Part shown: in pieces, positions 9,670 to 22,400 of the stretch
Position numbering within the stretch: position 1 is the first letter of the stretch
Layout of the letters: every line of letters begins with the position of its first letter
Position numbers and translations under genes: made by a program
Notes under the pieces: model-generated
Seen by the model: the letters and a program-made list of their open reading frames with translations, nothing else
Databases searched by the model: none
What the model was told of the DNA's origin: nothing
Assembly (NCBI GenBank): GCA_002793855.1
Contig: PFET01000001.1
Span: 19,520-83,519 of the forward strand
Direction of reading: 5' to 3'
Source of the DNA: Candidatus Uhrbacteria bacterium CG10_big_fil_rev_8_21_14_0_10_48_11
GTDB taxonomy: Bacteria > Patescibacteriota > Patescibacteriia > GWA2-46-9
DNA length: 64,000 nucleotides

Positions 9670-10116
9670 TTAGCTGTTCCCTTTTTCTGCGTTGTCACCA
9701 TGGTAAATACCACCAGTATCAACAACGAGAGAAAGCTCAGCGAGTCGCGAGATAGTTGGTGGAGGGCGGCGAGTGGTAACTTTTGAAACACTTGCATCAT
9801 TAATGATCTCGGGAGCCATTTGATCTTGCTTGCCGTATTCTTTTCTCCACACACGTAATCGCGGACGCTGTAAGGTTTGTATTAAATTTAACAGAAAATA
9901 GTGAAAGGGTCGACCATTGATGCGTACAAAAGCGAGTACGATGCCCGATACTACAAATAAGATGGTCAAAATAATGAATAATGAAGTGTCGGCTAGTCGA
10001 TAGCTTAAAAAGACCAAAAAACCAACAACAAGCATAATCAAAAATTGCCGCACTGCAATTGGGCCCAAAATGTGGGACTCTTCGTCAATAAACTGCGGGA
10101 CGACAAATTGCTGCAT
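9670..10116 (-). CDS. PrgI family (VirB3-like) membrane protein
   Basis: QFVVPQFIDEE..ILGP...RQF, two TM helices, NGRPF. Confidence 0.85.
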   Translation of the reverse strand: MQQFVVPQFIDEESHILGPIAVRQFLIMLVVGFLVFLSYRLADTSLFIILTILFVVSGIVLAFVRINGRPFHYFLLNLIQTLQRPRLRVWRKEYGKQDQMAPEIINDASVSKVTTRRPPPTISRLAELSLVVDTGGIYHGDNAEKGNS

Positions 10117-10117
10117 A

Positions 10118-10828
10118 CTATGCCCTTATGGTGCGATTAAAATTTATTAAGGCGAGAAACTCTTCCTTGGTAAATGCCTTTGTCTCTTGTAGCACCGCCT
10201 CAATAGATTTCCCGGTATTCAGAGCGGCGACAATAGTCGTGAGGTGTGCTTGGTACAGTGGGCTCTGCCGCCAAGCACGCAGCGCCGAGGCTGACTGATC
10301 GAAAGATTCTTCACTTAACACCTGAAATTTTTGAGTAAGGCGATCAATCGCTTTTTCAGTAGTTGCGCCAAGATGATGAAATTCGTCTATCGATAAAAAA
10401 CGTAGCTCATCAAGCGGGCCGGATACCACTGGGCGCTGAACATCCACCATATGCCGAACCGCAGGCAAGGTAAACTTACTAGAAACATCCATTATGTTCT
10501 CTGTTATATTTTTTTTGAGCTGTGCGCTTGTTTCCACTTCTGTAGGTACTGACTTTGGAGCGACGGCCTGAGTAAAAGCAAGTGCTCGATCTTTACCGTG
10601 CTCTTGCTCAACTAAACCAGAAGCTGTCTTGTGGTCCTCCAACCGCTGATGAGGGCGATCCTTGCTAACTTGCTCTACTGCTTTTTCTGCTGGTTTATTA
10701 TTTGCCGGTACGTTCTTTTTTGTTTGTACGTATGGCTGCCAAGTATTATCTCGCCAGACTTGCCATTCACCATCTTTTCGACGAACAAGAGTGTCGTTTT
10801 GTAGGCTCATAGCGTTGTATCCATCCAT
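10118..10828 (-). CDS. Hypothetical protein in T4SS-like operon
   Basis: 236-aa ORF tightly packed with neighbours. Confidence 0.75.
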   Translation of the reverse strand: MDGYNAMSLQNDTLVRRKDGEWQVWRDNTWQPYVQTKKNVPANNKPAEKAVEQVSKDRPHQRLEDHKTASGLVEQEHGKDRALAFTQAVAPKSVPTEVETSAQLKKNITENIMDVSSKFTLPAVRHMVDVQRPVVSGPLDELRFLSIDEFHHLGATTEKAIDRLTQKFQVLSEESFDQSASALRAWRQSPLYQAHLTTIVAALNTGKSIEAVLQETKAFTKEEFLALINFNRTIRA

Positions 10829-12264
10829 TGGTATGACTGCGTAGCTTCATCGAAATAGGCAAGGTAGGGAGTAGCGCTATCTTTTTTTCTAGCAAGTGCA
10901 GTTAATTCTGCTGCGAGGTGGGCGGCTTCGGAAATTTGCATATGCATATGATCCTCAAGCAGCATACGCAGAAAATTACGAAGGTGTTCAGGATAATTTA
11001 AGCCCTCCTGTAATTGTCTCAACATGGTCGCTTTTTCAAGTTTACGATAGCGTGCCGCCAAAAGATTTTTAAACCTTTGATCAGCAAAGATAAAGCTTTC
11101 TAGCTTACCCTGCTCTGCTAATGCATACAATACAGCAGCAACAGGGGCTTGCCGTGACACGTTAAAAGCTGTAAGCAAAGTATCATACAGCTGTTTTGTA
11201 TTGATTTGATTGTTCCGTATTCTTCTTATCTCTTTCCGTACCTCCGCACTTTCAAATAGTGAAGATGTCGCTTTCTCTTCCGCGGCAAGTGCACTCCTCT
11301 CTTTTTGGTGCAACGTACTCTGTTTAAGAACCGTTGAAGTACGTGCGTGTACGTGTTCCGTATCAATCTTATTCTCTTCTTGACCTGCAACCTCACTGCC
11401 TAAGGGAGCTTTACGTAAATCGACCCATTCGTCATTCTCGTCATTTGGCCCACTAGGCGGTTGCTCATCTTCTGGCGTAATTAGTCCAATTTTTTTAAAT
11501 TGGTTAATAAGCCGCTCGACTCGAGGATCAACTTGCTGCACCTGTCCATCCTTAACGGTTACCTCTTTGCCGTCTATGTTTGTGCTAAGTGGTTCCTCCA
11601 GGCCATCCACACTAAACGTGGAACGCTTAAGTCGTTCATATAGATGCAAAAGAAAATGTAATTTTTCTTTTTCTTGCGCAGATATTTTTTTTGTATTGAT
11701 AGAAGAAGATAAATACTCAATTTGCTTAATTGATTCAGCTGGCTGGGCATCCACGTGGCGAACATAGTCACGCAACCAATTCGCAACTGTGGGTAAAACC
11801 TCTTTCTCTTGGATTATCAGTTTATTGCTAGTAATAGTTTCTTGATTCTCCTCAAGAGCATATCTAAGTTTTGCTTTAAACGCGTCTCGTTCGTCATGGG
11901 GATAACGAATAATTAAAATCGCGCGCAGCTGCTCCCACACGTCCAAGTTGGCTGACATGTCCAGAGCAAAAGAAAAATAGGTAGCAAAGAGCCGAATAAT
12001 TTCTTCTTCGGATAACGAACTTAAGGCAAGCCAACTAGCACGTGTAACCAACTCTTTATAGCCATCAATCAATGCGAGAGGCAACAAGTTATTTATCCCT
12101 TTTTCTTCTAGCGCTGGTTTTATATTTTTTATTAACCACTGCGCTTCCTCTACTGCATTAAATTTAAGCACGTCACTAACAAAATGACCCTGCATCTTCC
12201 TGAGTAAGCTTGGATCGTTTAACCAACGGTAGTCAGTATTTACTTGTTTTTTTTCATTAGTCAT
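10807..12264 (-). CDS. Hypothetical helical protein in T4SS-like operon
   Basis: 485-aa ORF, co-oriented, overlapping the next gene. Confidence 0.8.
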   Translation of the reverse strand: MTNEKKQVNTDYRWLNDPSLLRKMQGHFVSDVLKFNAVEEAQWLIKNIKPALEEKGINNLLPLALIDGYKELVTRASWLALSSLSEEEIIRLFATYFSFALDMSANLDVWEQLRAILIIRYPHDERDAFKAKLRYALEENQETITSNKLIIQEKEVLPTVANWLRDYVRHVDAQPAESIKQIEYLSSSINTKKISAQEKEKLHFLLHLYERLKRSTFSVDGLEEPLSTNIDGKEVTVKDGQVQQVDPRVERLINQFKKIGLITPEDEQPPSGPNDENDEWVDLRKAPLGSEVAGQEENKIDTEHVHARTSTVLKQSTLHQKERSALAAEEKATSSLFESAEVRKEIRRIRNNQINTKQLYDTLLTAFNVSRQAPVAAVLYALAEQGKLESFIFADQRFKNLLAARYRKLEKATMLRQLQEGLNYPEHLRNFLRMLLEDHMHMQISEAAHLAAELTALARKKDSATPYLAYFDEATQSYQWMDTTL

Positions 12265-12267
12265 ACC

Positions 12268-15200
12268 CTACATTAGAGCGATTGCCTGTGCCTGAAGTCC
12301 TGAGTAGCTTGTTCCAACACCGCGTTTCCTGTAAAACCTCCCCATACGATCAATTGCTTCAGCTAAAGTTTCTCCCGTATCTAGGCTGGCCGTTAACATT
12401 CCTCTCCGTTGCATGTCAAATAGTGCCTCTATATCTTCCGACAGCTTCATAATCAAGCTTGGGTTGACTTCTGCCCTACCCAGACGATAAGCAAAATCAT
12501 CCTGAAACCCAGCAAGAGTTAGTTTACCTGATAAATCAAGGTGGAAGTTACCCCGCGCATCCTCATAACCGTAACCAAGACGGTTATGGTTCTGAATAAA
12601 CTTCCTAGAATCTTGTTTTAGGTTTTCAGTTGCAGCAGCTGCAGCCTGCTCTTCTCTTGTTCGATAGTAGTATCGTCCATTCTTCATACCATACATACGT
12701 GACACGTTGTTATGGTTGTGCGCTTCATTAATGTAGGACATCTCGCTCATCAGTTGCATTGAACCCTGTTTGCCAAAAATTTTCTCTAGCCGATCCTTGC
12801 GGAATTTTTCAGCACCCTCAGGACCACTCGGAAGACCGTTGTCTTTATAAATTTCGTTATCATTATAATCTTCCGCCGCTTTTTTCATGAAGGTACTCAC
12901 TTGAAGCATGTTGCCCTCTTGAATGGCACGCTCCAGAAGGTCGCCCAACTCTTCCCACTCCATAGATTCTCTTGGTAGCTTAGATAGTTCTTGCTGCTCA
13001 AGTGCCCGATATACACGGTCGGCATAAAATGTCTGGGGAACGGGTTCGCTTCTTGCAAGATTCTTATCAGAAAATCTTTTTGCTTGCGCTTTTAGCTGTT
13101 TCCTAATCTTTTCAATATCTTCCTCACTATTATCTTGTTGCGCGTAACCTTTTAGTTCGGCTATTCTAAATCTAGCCTCTTTAATTGCATTTTTATTAAG
13201 GTCTCTGTTTGCATCAATTTCTTTCTGCTCCGCCGGCAACTCCTTAGTAGCAATTATTTTCTCTTTCTTTTTTTGTTCTTCCAAATTATTTAAAAGTGAG
13301 CGCTTTAGGCTTTTCAGTTTGCTGGTTTCGTCGGGATCTCCTGCCGCTTCCTCGATGCGCTTATCGACAGCAACGAGCTTGCGTAACAAATCTTCAATGC
13401 GGGCATCGACTTGTTTCTTTTGATCCTCTGTATAACCACCACGCTGTAAATAGGTGAGTTCTTCTTCTTTTTTGGTCTGTTCTTTTTTGTACTCCTCCTT
13501 TGCTAAAGCTTTCAATTTTTCTTTCTCTTCTAGAGTTTCTTTTCCTGTTTCCCCGTAACCCATTGCTTTCATCTGCTCCGCAACCAAATCTTGAAACACT
13601 GGACTATTGCTAACCAAACTATGCCCTTTTTCTTTAGCGATAGACTCAATAAAGCTTTCAGTCTGCTTCTTGTAATCTTCACGCTCGGGACCACTTATGT
13701 TAGCAACTTTTGCTGGTATTAAAATGCCTCTTTCTGCCATTTGGTCCATTACACTTACCGTCCTCCCAGTCTTATCTCCCTTTGCATCACGCTCCTCTTC
13801 GTAAAGAACAGACTTTAACTCGTCTTGCGTCAAATCGTGCCTTTCGGCAACTTCAGCCAGAGAATGCGTCAATTCATTTTCGATAGTCTTACGACGTGTA
13901 CCGAGTTTGGCGCGGCGCTCCTTGGTAGCTTCTTTAACTTCTTTCTCTTCCATGCCACCCGCACGCATACGTGCTTCAAGAGCGCCAAGTCTATTCGCTC
14001 GCTTCTCAAGTGCCTGCGTTGCCTTAGTAATGGCTTGTTCTTCTTTTGCTATTGCTTGCTGAATCTCGTCCTCATCTTTACCTTCCTTCTTCATCTCTAC
14101 CTTCTTCGCCTGCAAACGTTCAACCCGTTCATTGAGTGTGCTGCGATCTTCGGTGAGGCTCGCTCGTTGATCCTGTGTCAAACTCTGAATGATTTCCTCT
14201 TCGGTGCCACCGCCCAGCAAATCAGCTTCAATGGCTGCAATATCTTTTTCTTCCTCGGTAGCATTTTTCATGTCCTCCTGATATGTCTCCATCGCCGGTA
14301 AAACCTCTGGAAGCGCTGCTTGGACGCCCTTAATTTTTCCCTCAGTAAGTTTTTCTGTAGCCGCTCTAGCCGCAAACACGCGGGCTTCTGCTATAAGTTC
14401 TGGTTCACTCCTTATGGCCTCTGCCTCTTTTACTAGCTCCATCGAACGAATTTTGTCTTCCTCCCCTTCTTTGTATGCTTCTTCACTGTATCGTCCTGGA
14501 TCCCGCAGAGTTCTTCCAAAGCGTTGCCTACCAACTTTACCTTTCATGAAAATTTGCAGGAAATCCTCAGTTGCTCCTAATGCCAGTAGCGCCATACCCA
14601 GTCTTCCGCTTTTCGCTTCCATATACTCTTTATAGTTTGCTGTTGCTTTCCGTTGCCCGATAACCTCGTTCTCTCCCCGTCTTCTTGCAAAATACCCTTT
14701 GGTACCACGAATAAGCCGGCGCGGATCAAGACCCCAACCTTTATTTGCGTATAACGTTGACTCGGCAAAAGAGGCTAGGTCTCCAAGTGCATTGAATGGA
14801 GCAAACGCTGTTTTGACACCGGCGCTCGATAGTTTGCCATAGACGGCACCTGCAATTTTGCCAACTGCGCCGCCGGTTTCCATGGCAAAATACAGCGACA
14901 CCATCAGCATAGCGATTGCCATAATAAAACCAGTTAGGTTTGACTGTGCACCCGCCTCTGTTATACCGATATCGGGGAGTAACGGAGACGTTGGCACTCC
15001 ATCAGCAGTCTCGTCAACACTTACATTCTGAACAAAGCCCTTATCCGTAGAAAGCAAGCTTGGCAGCGTCGCAAGTGACAACCATAGAAAAAAGGCCATC
15101 AACGGGCCAACAATGACATACTTTGAAAACATATCCCACCACTGACTGGCATACTTTTGGCCGATAGGTAAAACAGAAAGTACATAAACCATTGGTGAAA

Positions 15201-16014
15201 AAATAATAAGTAGCCACAAAAAAACGATTCGTACGGCTAGGATGGCCGCAAAGGCGCCTACTACAACTATCGCAACAATGAGATAGACAAGCGCTAGCAA
15301 GTAACCACCCGCTATCGTCCATCCGGCGATCTGCACACCTTCAGTGATACCTGCATCGGAATTAATGCTTAGAATGGATTGTAATTTTAGTGCGCTGGCA
15401 AAATTGCCTGCACCTGCTAACTGATATGCGTTTGCAAACGTCAACATCACAATCTGGGCAAAATCAATGAACAACCCAGCGATAGTTTTGCTGAAATTCA
15501 CAAGGAGGGCCATCAGTAAAACTTTTGGCAGCAGACGTTTTAACTGATACTGTTCGAGGCCAAGAATCGTACCAAAAGAAATCAACAACAAAATCAAAAC
15601 GAAAAACATGTTACCGATATCCCGTACAACGCTCCAGCCCATGCCGACCGCCGGTGATTCGATAAAACCATTATAGGTACCAAGGGTTGTTATGGTCAGT
15701 CCTACCAAAAAGCTTAAAATTTTTCCAAGCAGCGATATAATAATGGCTGCAAGGGCAGAAATAATGAACGGCAACCAGCAAGTCGGATCAAGCCAGCCGC
15801 AGCTTGCTTTCACTTTTTGAGTGCCTGGATCAATAGTGGTAGGTGTTACGGTCGTAATGGTAGCGCTGTCATTCCCCGCAAAAACGGTAGGTGCAAAAAA
15901 TTGAGGCGGCACCGCTTGCTGCAATGTTGGAACTGGTATGCTGGTGACAACAGCAAGCGTAACGAAACCAATAAGTATTTTTTTTATAGAGATGCTATGG
16001 AGCAACATACCCAC
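12268..16014 (-). CDS. VirB6/TrbL-like polytopic membrane protein with a long coiled-coil C-terminal extension
   Basis: GWSVVRDIGN, LLVNFS and RIVFLWLLIIFSP..LP..WW motifs in a multi-TM N-terminal part; long charged tail. Confidence 0.75.
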   Translation of the reverse strand: MGMLLHSISIKKILIGFVTLAVVTSIPVPTLQQAVPPQFFAPTVFAGNDSATITTVTPTTIDPGTQKVKASCGWLDPTCWLPFIISALAAIIISLLGKILSFLVGLTITTLGTYNGFIESPAVGMGWSVVRDIGNMFFVLILLLISFGTILGLEQYQLKRLLPKVLLMALLVNFSKTIAGLFIDFAQIVMLTFANAYQLAGAGNFASALKLQSILSINSDAGITEGVQIAGWTIAGGYLLALVYLIVAIVVVGAFAAILAVRIVFLWLLIIFSPMVYVLSVLPIGQKYASQWWDMFSKYVIVGPLMAFFLWLSLATLPSLLSTDKGFVQNVSVDETADGVPTSPLLPDIGITEAGAQSNLTGFIMAIAMLMVSLYFAMETGGAVGKIAGAVYGKLSSAGVKTAFAPFNALGDLASFAESTLYANKGWGLDPRRLIRGTKGYFARRRGENEVIGQRKATANYKEYMEAKSGRLGMALLALGATEDFLQIFMKGKVGRQRFGRTLRDPGRYSEEAYKEGEEDKIRSMELVKEAEAIRSEPELIAEARVFAARAATEKLTEGKIKGVQAALPEVLPAMETYQEDMKNATEEEKDIAAIEADLLGGGTEEEIIQSLTQDQRASLTEDRSTLNERVERLQAKKVEMKKEGKDEDEIQQAIAKEEQAITKATQALEKRANRLGALEARMRAGGMEEKEVKEATKERRAKLGTRRKTIENELTHSLAEVAERHDLTQDELKSVLYEEERDAKGDKTGRTVSVMDQMAERGILIPAKVANISGPEREDYKKQTESFIESIAKEKGHSLVSNSPVFQDLVAEQMKAMGYGETGKETLEEKEKLKALAKEEYKKEQTKKEEELTYLQRGGYTEDQKKQVDARIEDLLRKLVAVDKRIEEAAGDPDETSKLKSLKRSLLNNLEEQKKKEKIIATKELPAEQKEIDANRDLNKNAIKEARFRIAELKGYAQQDNSEEDIEKIRKQLKAQAKRFSDKNLARSEPVPQTFYADRVYRALEQQELSKLPRESMEWEELGDLLERAIQEGNMLQVSTFMKKAAEDYNDNEIYKDNGLPSGPEGAEKFRKDRLEKIFGKQGSMQLMSEMSYINEAHNHNNVSRMYGMKNGRYYYRTREEQAAAAATENLKQDSRKFIQNHNRLGYGYEDARGNFHLDLSGKLTLAGFQDDFAYRLGRAEVNPSLIMKLSEDIEALFDMQRRGMLTASLDTGETLAEAIDRMGRFYRKRGVGTSYSGLQAQAIALM

Positions 16015-16398
16015 TCAGCTTTTAAGGAGACTTAAGGAGGTATTGATAAAGTCCGATCCTACAGCTGTCGCGACAATAATTACCAATAAAAGAAGCAAAA
16101 ATGGCCAACCAATGGTACTCATAAATGCGGTGACACCTGCTACAATTTCAAGTAATAAAGAAACAACAATCCGTTTCCTGAATTTTTTTTTAATCTGCTC
16201 TTCTACTCCAGAGGTCGCTTTCTTCATACCCTTTCTTGCTCCCTGACCTTTGTCTATGTCTTGTTTGTGATTAGACTCTTGCATTCTGGCGCTTTGCTTG
16301 CTCATACGAAAACGCGCCGCTGACGCTTCTTGTTTGCGGACTTCCTCTTGCTTGCGCGAGAATAAAAGGTTGTCAACGTTTTGTGAAAGCTGTGCCAT
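16015..16398 (-). CDS. Small membrane protein (C-terminal TM helices)
   Basis: 127-aa ORF abutting both neighbours. Confidence 0.7.
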   Translation of the reverse strand: MAQLSQNVDNLLFSRKQEEVRKQEASAARFRMSKQSARMQESNHKQDIDKGQGARKGMKKATSGVEEQIKKKFRKRIVVSLLLEIVAGVTAFMSTIGWPFLLLLLVIIVATAVGSDFINTSLSLLKS

Positions 16399-16404
16399 AG
16401 GTGT

Positions 16405-19400
16405 CTACTGACTAATCGTTATAGCGTCACCGGAAGACTGCCAAGCGGCTGCGTGACTCGCGCTGCAGTCTCCCCTGCCGTCAGTATTTAACTCGTTGTA
16501 GCCAGTTTGCCCAAAGAGAGGATTGCTGTTACCGGTTGACGCGTAAGCGCCATTGCACCATCCCCAGTTATCCAAAATTTGTACGCGTGGTGTCACTTGA
16601 TAGATACCATTCACTATTGTCGTGGTCTTGGCACAGCTTCCCTCTTTGACGCAGCGAGCCACATCATCGTACGAATAACTATGCACGAGCGAGATGGGGT
16701 TTTGGTCCGAAGGGTGGCTCGCAAACTTTAGACCGGTTTGCACCGTTCGTGACCCGTCTCCCCAATCAACAATGTAGCGCACAATTGGTTCCTGTTCAGG
16801 ATTGGCAATGGCCGTAAAACTGAGGGTTACTGACCCCACTTTTGTAATGGTATTGGCCGCTCCTGAAAGTTCTACAACTGGGATAGCCGGTACAACCCCG
16901 CAAATCTCAGATCCAACACGAACATTCAGCGTTGGACCTGAACCACATTGTTCCGTTGGTACTATTAATTCTTTACTGCCGGTTTCGACATACCGATACC
17001 CGTCGGGTGTTGACTGCCACTCCCACACACCATAGCTCTGAACAAAAAGCTGTTGCAATACCTTAACTGCCTTAGTTAAACCATCAGCATAGGTCGACTC
17101 TTGAATCTCATTCAGCATGGCACCACTACTCGAACACTGTGAGCTAAATAATGGCTTATAGGTGCCTATTAATAAGCTGTTAATAGGGTGACAAGAATAT
17201 GGACCACCTGCACGCGCCTGACTTGTGCTGGTTGAAGAAGCTGATGGCTCTGCAAAAAGTGGTTGCACGCCGACAAATGTTGTTGAGTCCCAAGCAAGCG
17301 GATCGTCAGCAGGAAATGGCGGAACAACACTACCGAATGGGGGCGAATCTGTTGTAACCTTATATTCATAATTATCCTCTGCAGACGATTCATAACTAGT
17401 GCCTCTGCCCACCTTTATAGATGCTTGACTACCAGGGGTAACCCGAGATGCATAGGCACGGTTCTGCCCTGCTGAACCGACTGTTTGCATGACTGCGTTA
17501 CAGCTAAACGAAGGTCGCGCCCACAAACCGAGCGGCGTAATGTAGTCATCAGAAGACAATGACTCGATTATCAGGTAGCGGAATGGTCCCGGAATCCGAT
17601 TACCATTACTGTCGACTGCCCAGGCAACGTCAGCCCACATCTCCGCCCAACCATTGTTTGCTTGATCAGGCGAAGGACGATTGCCGAGGGATGGCGGACA
17701 AGCGGCCGATTCACACCATTCATTAATATAGTAGAGGCTACTAAGATCCTTGCTGACGTATATTTTGTATTTGTCATCACCGTCACCACCCTTGTTATTT
17801 TCCATCCAAACGCGAATTTCGCACCCGGCATGAATAAGAGGGGTAGCAGAATCTACCGCGTGGTAGTTTGCGTCGCACTTGCCGGGTTTATCAACAAGAC
17901 CACCTACCGCATATCCTTCAGTTGTTGAGTCCGCATTGCGATAAAGATCAAACACTACTTTTTCGGTTTTGTCTATTTTTCCGCCGTTATATTCAGTTTG
18001 TTGGCCATGTTTGTCTATCTTAAAGTGACTGAAAGTATCAGTTGGAACCGCCGGGCTCTTCTTACCACCCGTGTAATCAGGAACAGTCGAAGCACCAACA
18101 GAAGAATGCAATAAGGTTGCCCAGCCATCAACAACATCTAGACACTGATACAAGGGTATCGGACCTTGGTAACCAACATGGTCCTGTTCCGTATCTTCTC
18201 CAATGATGTTGTCGACCGGCCACCACTGCAAACAGTTGCTACTGTTCTGTGGATCGGGTGTTAAACAATACCCCAATTTCCCGCGATGACGGAGGCCGTT
18301 GTCATCATTGTATTGACAAGAGAGTGACGTCTCTTCTGGGTACAGGCGGCAGGACTGTGATGCATAGCTGTAGTCGAGCGTCTCGATGCCATTTTCGTAA
18401 TCTACGTTCGGAAAATCTGGATCTACATGAAGGATGTCACAAGTATTTCCAGCACCACAATCGTCATCGACTTGGCATAACTTTGTTACATTGTTAGAAC
18501 AATAACGGTATTCATTGCGACGATACTCAAGTGCGGGCTGGAGCTTAATATCGTCTACGTACCAATTACCGGAGCTATTTTCCGTACTGCCTCCTTTGGC
18601 AAACCAGCCGAATTGAAGGCGGATATAACGAGTATCCTCATCAGTAGTGAATTTATCCACTTTTGTGGTCCAGTCAAAACCTGCACCTGTATCGAGAAGA
18701 GCTAAGAATTTACAGGTACCGGCGGTATTACAGGGTACGAGATCACCATTTGTTTTGTACTGAAAGACTCTGATGCCAGCGCTCTTACCCGAGAAATGCA
18801 CCGTGTTGACATCAGCAGACAAAATATAATCTGCTTCGCCAGCGACATTAATTGTTCCGCTATAATTAGCGAGATTGGGTGCTAAACTGTCATCAATAAA
18901 CTGCGGAACATCAGGTACCTTATGGTTAGCATTCACTTCTAAAAACGCCCTGCCTTCTCGTGGGTACAGTATGCCAACAGACTGAGCGCTTACCGGATTA
19001 TTGATGACTCTAAAATTCTGTCCATTACCCCAGCCAACCCAACTCACCGCATTACCTTGTGTGCTTGGTATTTCAAAGTTTGCATTCACGAGTAGCGCTA
19101 ACTGGCCAACTTGCTCCATATAACCCGGACTAATGTAACCCTGAAGTAGCCTTGGTGTGCATTTCCCTGAACCACAATCGGCATCAGTAGTGCAACTCGT
19201 TGACGAATTGTTAGAACAGACATTACCCCAATTAAAACCAACGCTCGAATAACCAGAGCGGTCTTTTAATTGATCGACGGTAGAAGCGGCGTACGTAAGG
19301 TCTTTGTCTGGCTCATCAAGAGTCGTACGTATACATTGACCTTTATCATCGAGCTGTTCGCATCCCTCGACAGCAAGACAGATATTTCGCCTTACACTAT

Positions 19401-22400
19401 TGCGTGTTACCGTACGGGCTGTCTTACAAGCGAGCCAACTACCACACTCTCGGCTCGGTTGTACCTTGACCAGCAAATTAGAATCGCGCTGAAACTGACA
19501 ATCGCTATCAGCGGTACATGAAAGGCCAACCGTACCTCGACAAATGCCAGAAGTTCCCGTGGCTTGATCGGCACCAACGCAAGAATATTCTGTTCTAGTC
19601 GTACCATTAGGAGTCTTTGTATCCCCTAACGGGCTCATATCAGCGTCGTAGGTATTGACGATAGGCGACTTGTAACTCGTTTGGAAACTAGCAAGGACGC
19701 AGTTGGCATTATTGACCGTACCGGCACAACTTGCAGTATCAAGCTGATCCACAAGTTCGTAATGAATACTGGCCTCGCGAAGCGACACATTTCTTGTCTT
19801 TACTGCGCCAGTTGCAAATTCACCGCTCACGTTAGATGGCAATAAATCATGAGCTTGTCCGACGCGGACGCTACAATTTTCTACGTCATCAGTATTTTTT
19901 ACGTAGAAGCTTACACTAAACCGATCGAACGAATCTTTCTTTGTAGGTTCAATAAAAGTATACGGCGACCCTTGAATGGATAGTGACGAACCAGGACACT
20001 GGATACCGAGATAAGCATTTGCGGCAAGCGAACCGCTGACAGCTTCCGCTTCTGCTGAAAGTACATAAAGCGTACGCTTGCGCAAAGTTACGTTTGACTG
20101 TTCAAACCCGCCACTGCTAATAGTTAAGGTATTCAGGTTTTGGTTGTAATGATAGGTTGTTGACGGTGAAGCAATCGACGTCCATGATCTTGGTGTTGTG
20201 CCATCAGAAGCAATAAACGAACCATTAATCAGTAGATCCCGAGTACCGTCTGAGCGAGGGTCAACTATTTCTTTGCAACTATTCTGCTGCACGGGGCAAG
20301 TACCAACGTAGCCAGCTATTGGCTCCTGGGCGGTCGAACCAGCAATTTGTACACGAGGTACGGTTGTATTGGTAATAGTACGATTACAGTCAGGACTTGT
20401 CGCGGATGAATCTTTCTTATACCAACCGGAAACTGGACGGTCGGTGTGGTATTCACAGGTTTGATCTCCCGGATCTCTAAAGTAGTAAACACTTCCGGCG
20501 GCATCCTTAAAGGCAGAACACTGCAACTGATCAAGCTTGCAGAGAATAACCCCATAATCATCGGGATTATTTTTAAGGTAAACACTTGACCACGGTGTTG
20601 CGCTATCGCCAAGAGCATCACGAAGAATACGCTGAGCATCACTCGCCGCTAATGTACCTGCGTCAAACTTTGCAACCAGCGAATTATAACCGGCAGCCAA
20701 AAGCTTGCTTCGCAAATCAGGCAAACACGATCCCCCTGCTGCGCACTTCAATGTCTCTAGTGCAAGTGCAGTGTTGGCTTTGATTGACCGGTCAACTTTA
20801 CCCAACGCCTGACAACCCTGCGCTTCTGTCTTGCAAGTTTTTGTCGGATCGTTAACAAGGTAGTCAACCGAATCGGCCGGTACGGTAATAAGGCTATTGT
20901 CTTCAGCGTCATTAAATGACCTCGCAAAAGGCGCGTCACCTCCAACCGTAGTGTTCTGCGTGTCGATGACCGCTTCACAGCCAACAACCTTAGCGTGACA
21001 GGCGGCGCCAAACTGCCAAACGTCTTTGCTTGAGCCGTCACTTACCTGATACTGCTGACAACCAAGGAACGGCTGACGAGCGGCATCGTTAGAGTAACAG
21101 GAAAGCGGTGTACGCCAACTATTCTTGACGAGATAATGAGTGTCGGTAGTTGTTTTGAGCTCTATGTTGTCAATAAATACCTTGCCGGTACCGGATGGCG
21201 TTATTGCTAATGTCGTCACCGCATCGCTAGCACTGACAGCAATACTCACTGGATCACTTTTGATTTGTCGCCATTCACTAGTTAACAACGCATCCGTTAC
21301 CAAGGTACCATTGGTTACCCCGTTACCACTGATGGCGGCGCTGATCGCCGCTGTTGCCGTACCGGTTTGTGTACGTGCCCAGAAAGTAACGACATAAGTT
21401 GCCGGGGCAATTGTACCGGAGGTACCACTGGTGCTGCTACCAGCATTAACGGTAACCGCTTTCTCGGCAACCGCCTCGGTAATCTCGTACGAGTGTCCGC
21501 CAACAACACTAGAAACAGCGCTCAACTGTCCGCCAGACCACTCTGCAGTACCTTTCTCGAACGTATCATTCAATACTGTTCGGTAGCTAGCCGACGTTCC
21601 TCCGCGATACTCACGACAACCAGCAACCGCAGCGCTACACTGTCTACCACCATTTGGTACGGCCTGATAAATACATACTTGAATGCTGGTATTCCACCAA
21701 CCGTTCGAATTAGCACAGTCTTGTTGGTTAGAATCTGTCTTTCGCAACGGATGGCAAGAATCGGTAACGCTCACCGTTTTTGAAAGCAACCGGTAAGAGA
21801 TTTGACCTGTTTCGTTATAGAACTGTCGACAATCGGGGTTTGACTGATAAGTATTCTCGTTACAGGTTCGCCACGCTGTATCGCCTGCGTTACTGGTATC
21901 GCTGCATGAAGCGCTTATCCCATCGCTACTCCAATTGATGTGCGTGCAGGGAGCCGCCAAGTCGTTACCGGTGCTGCCTGCAGTCGTGCTGAATCCGGAA
22001 GGATTCGTCGCCTCTGTTTTCTTCAGTTGGAATACGCGCAACTGGAAGCCAGTTTCGTCAGACCCTTCCCATGTGTAGAACGTACCACTGTCAGTTCCTC
22101 CTGGCTTTTGGCAAAACTGTACCTGCTGATAGTACTCACGCGCCTCACCGCCGGATGTTTCCTTGTCGAGATTTGTAAACTCATCACAACCCACCGCAGC
22201 CGCAGGACAACTTTGACCTGTTGCAGGAATGAGATCGACAAACTTTGGTTTCTCGAAAAAGGTTGCCGTCTGAGTATAAGTATCAAAACCTACACACTCT
22301 GTCGGACAACTCTGTCCGCTTACAGCCGTTACTGTTGCTGTCCCGTTTGCAGGGGTGTAGCTCCGGCAACCAACCTCCGCCGGTAAACAATATCGCGCAT

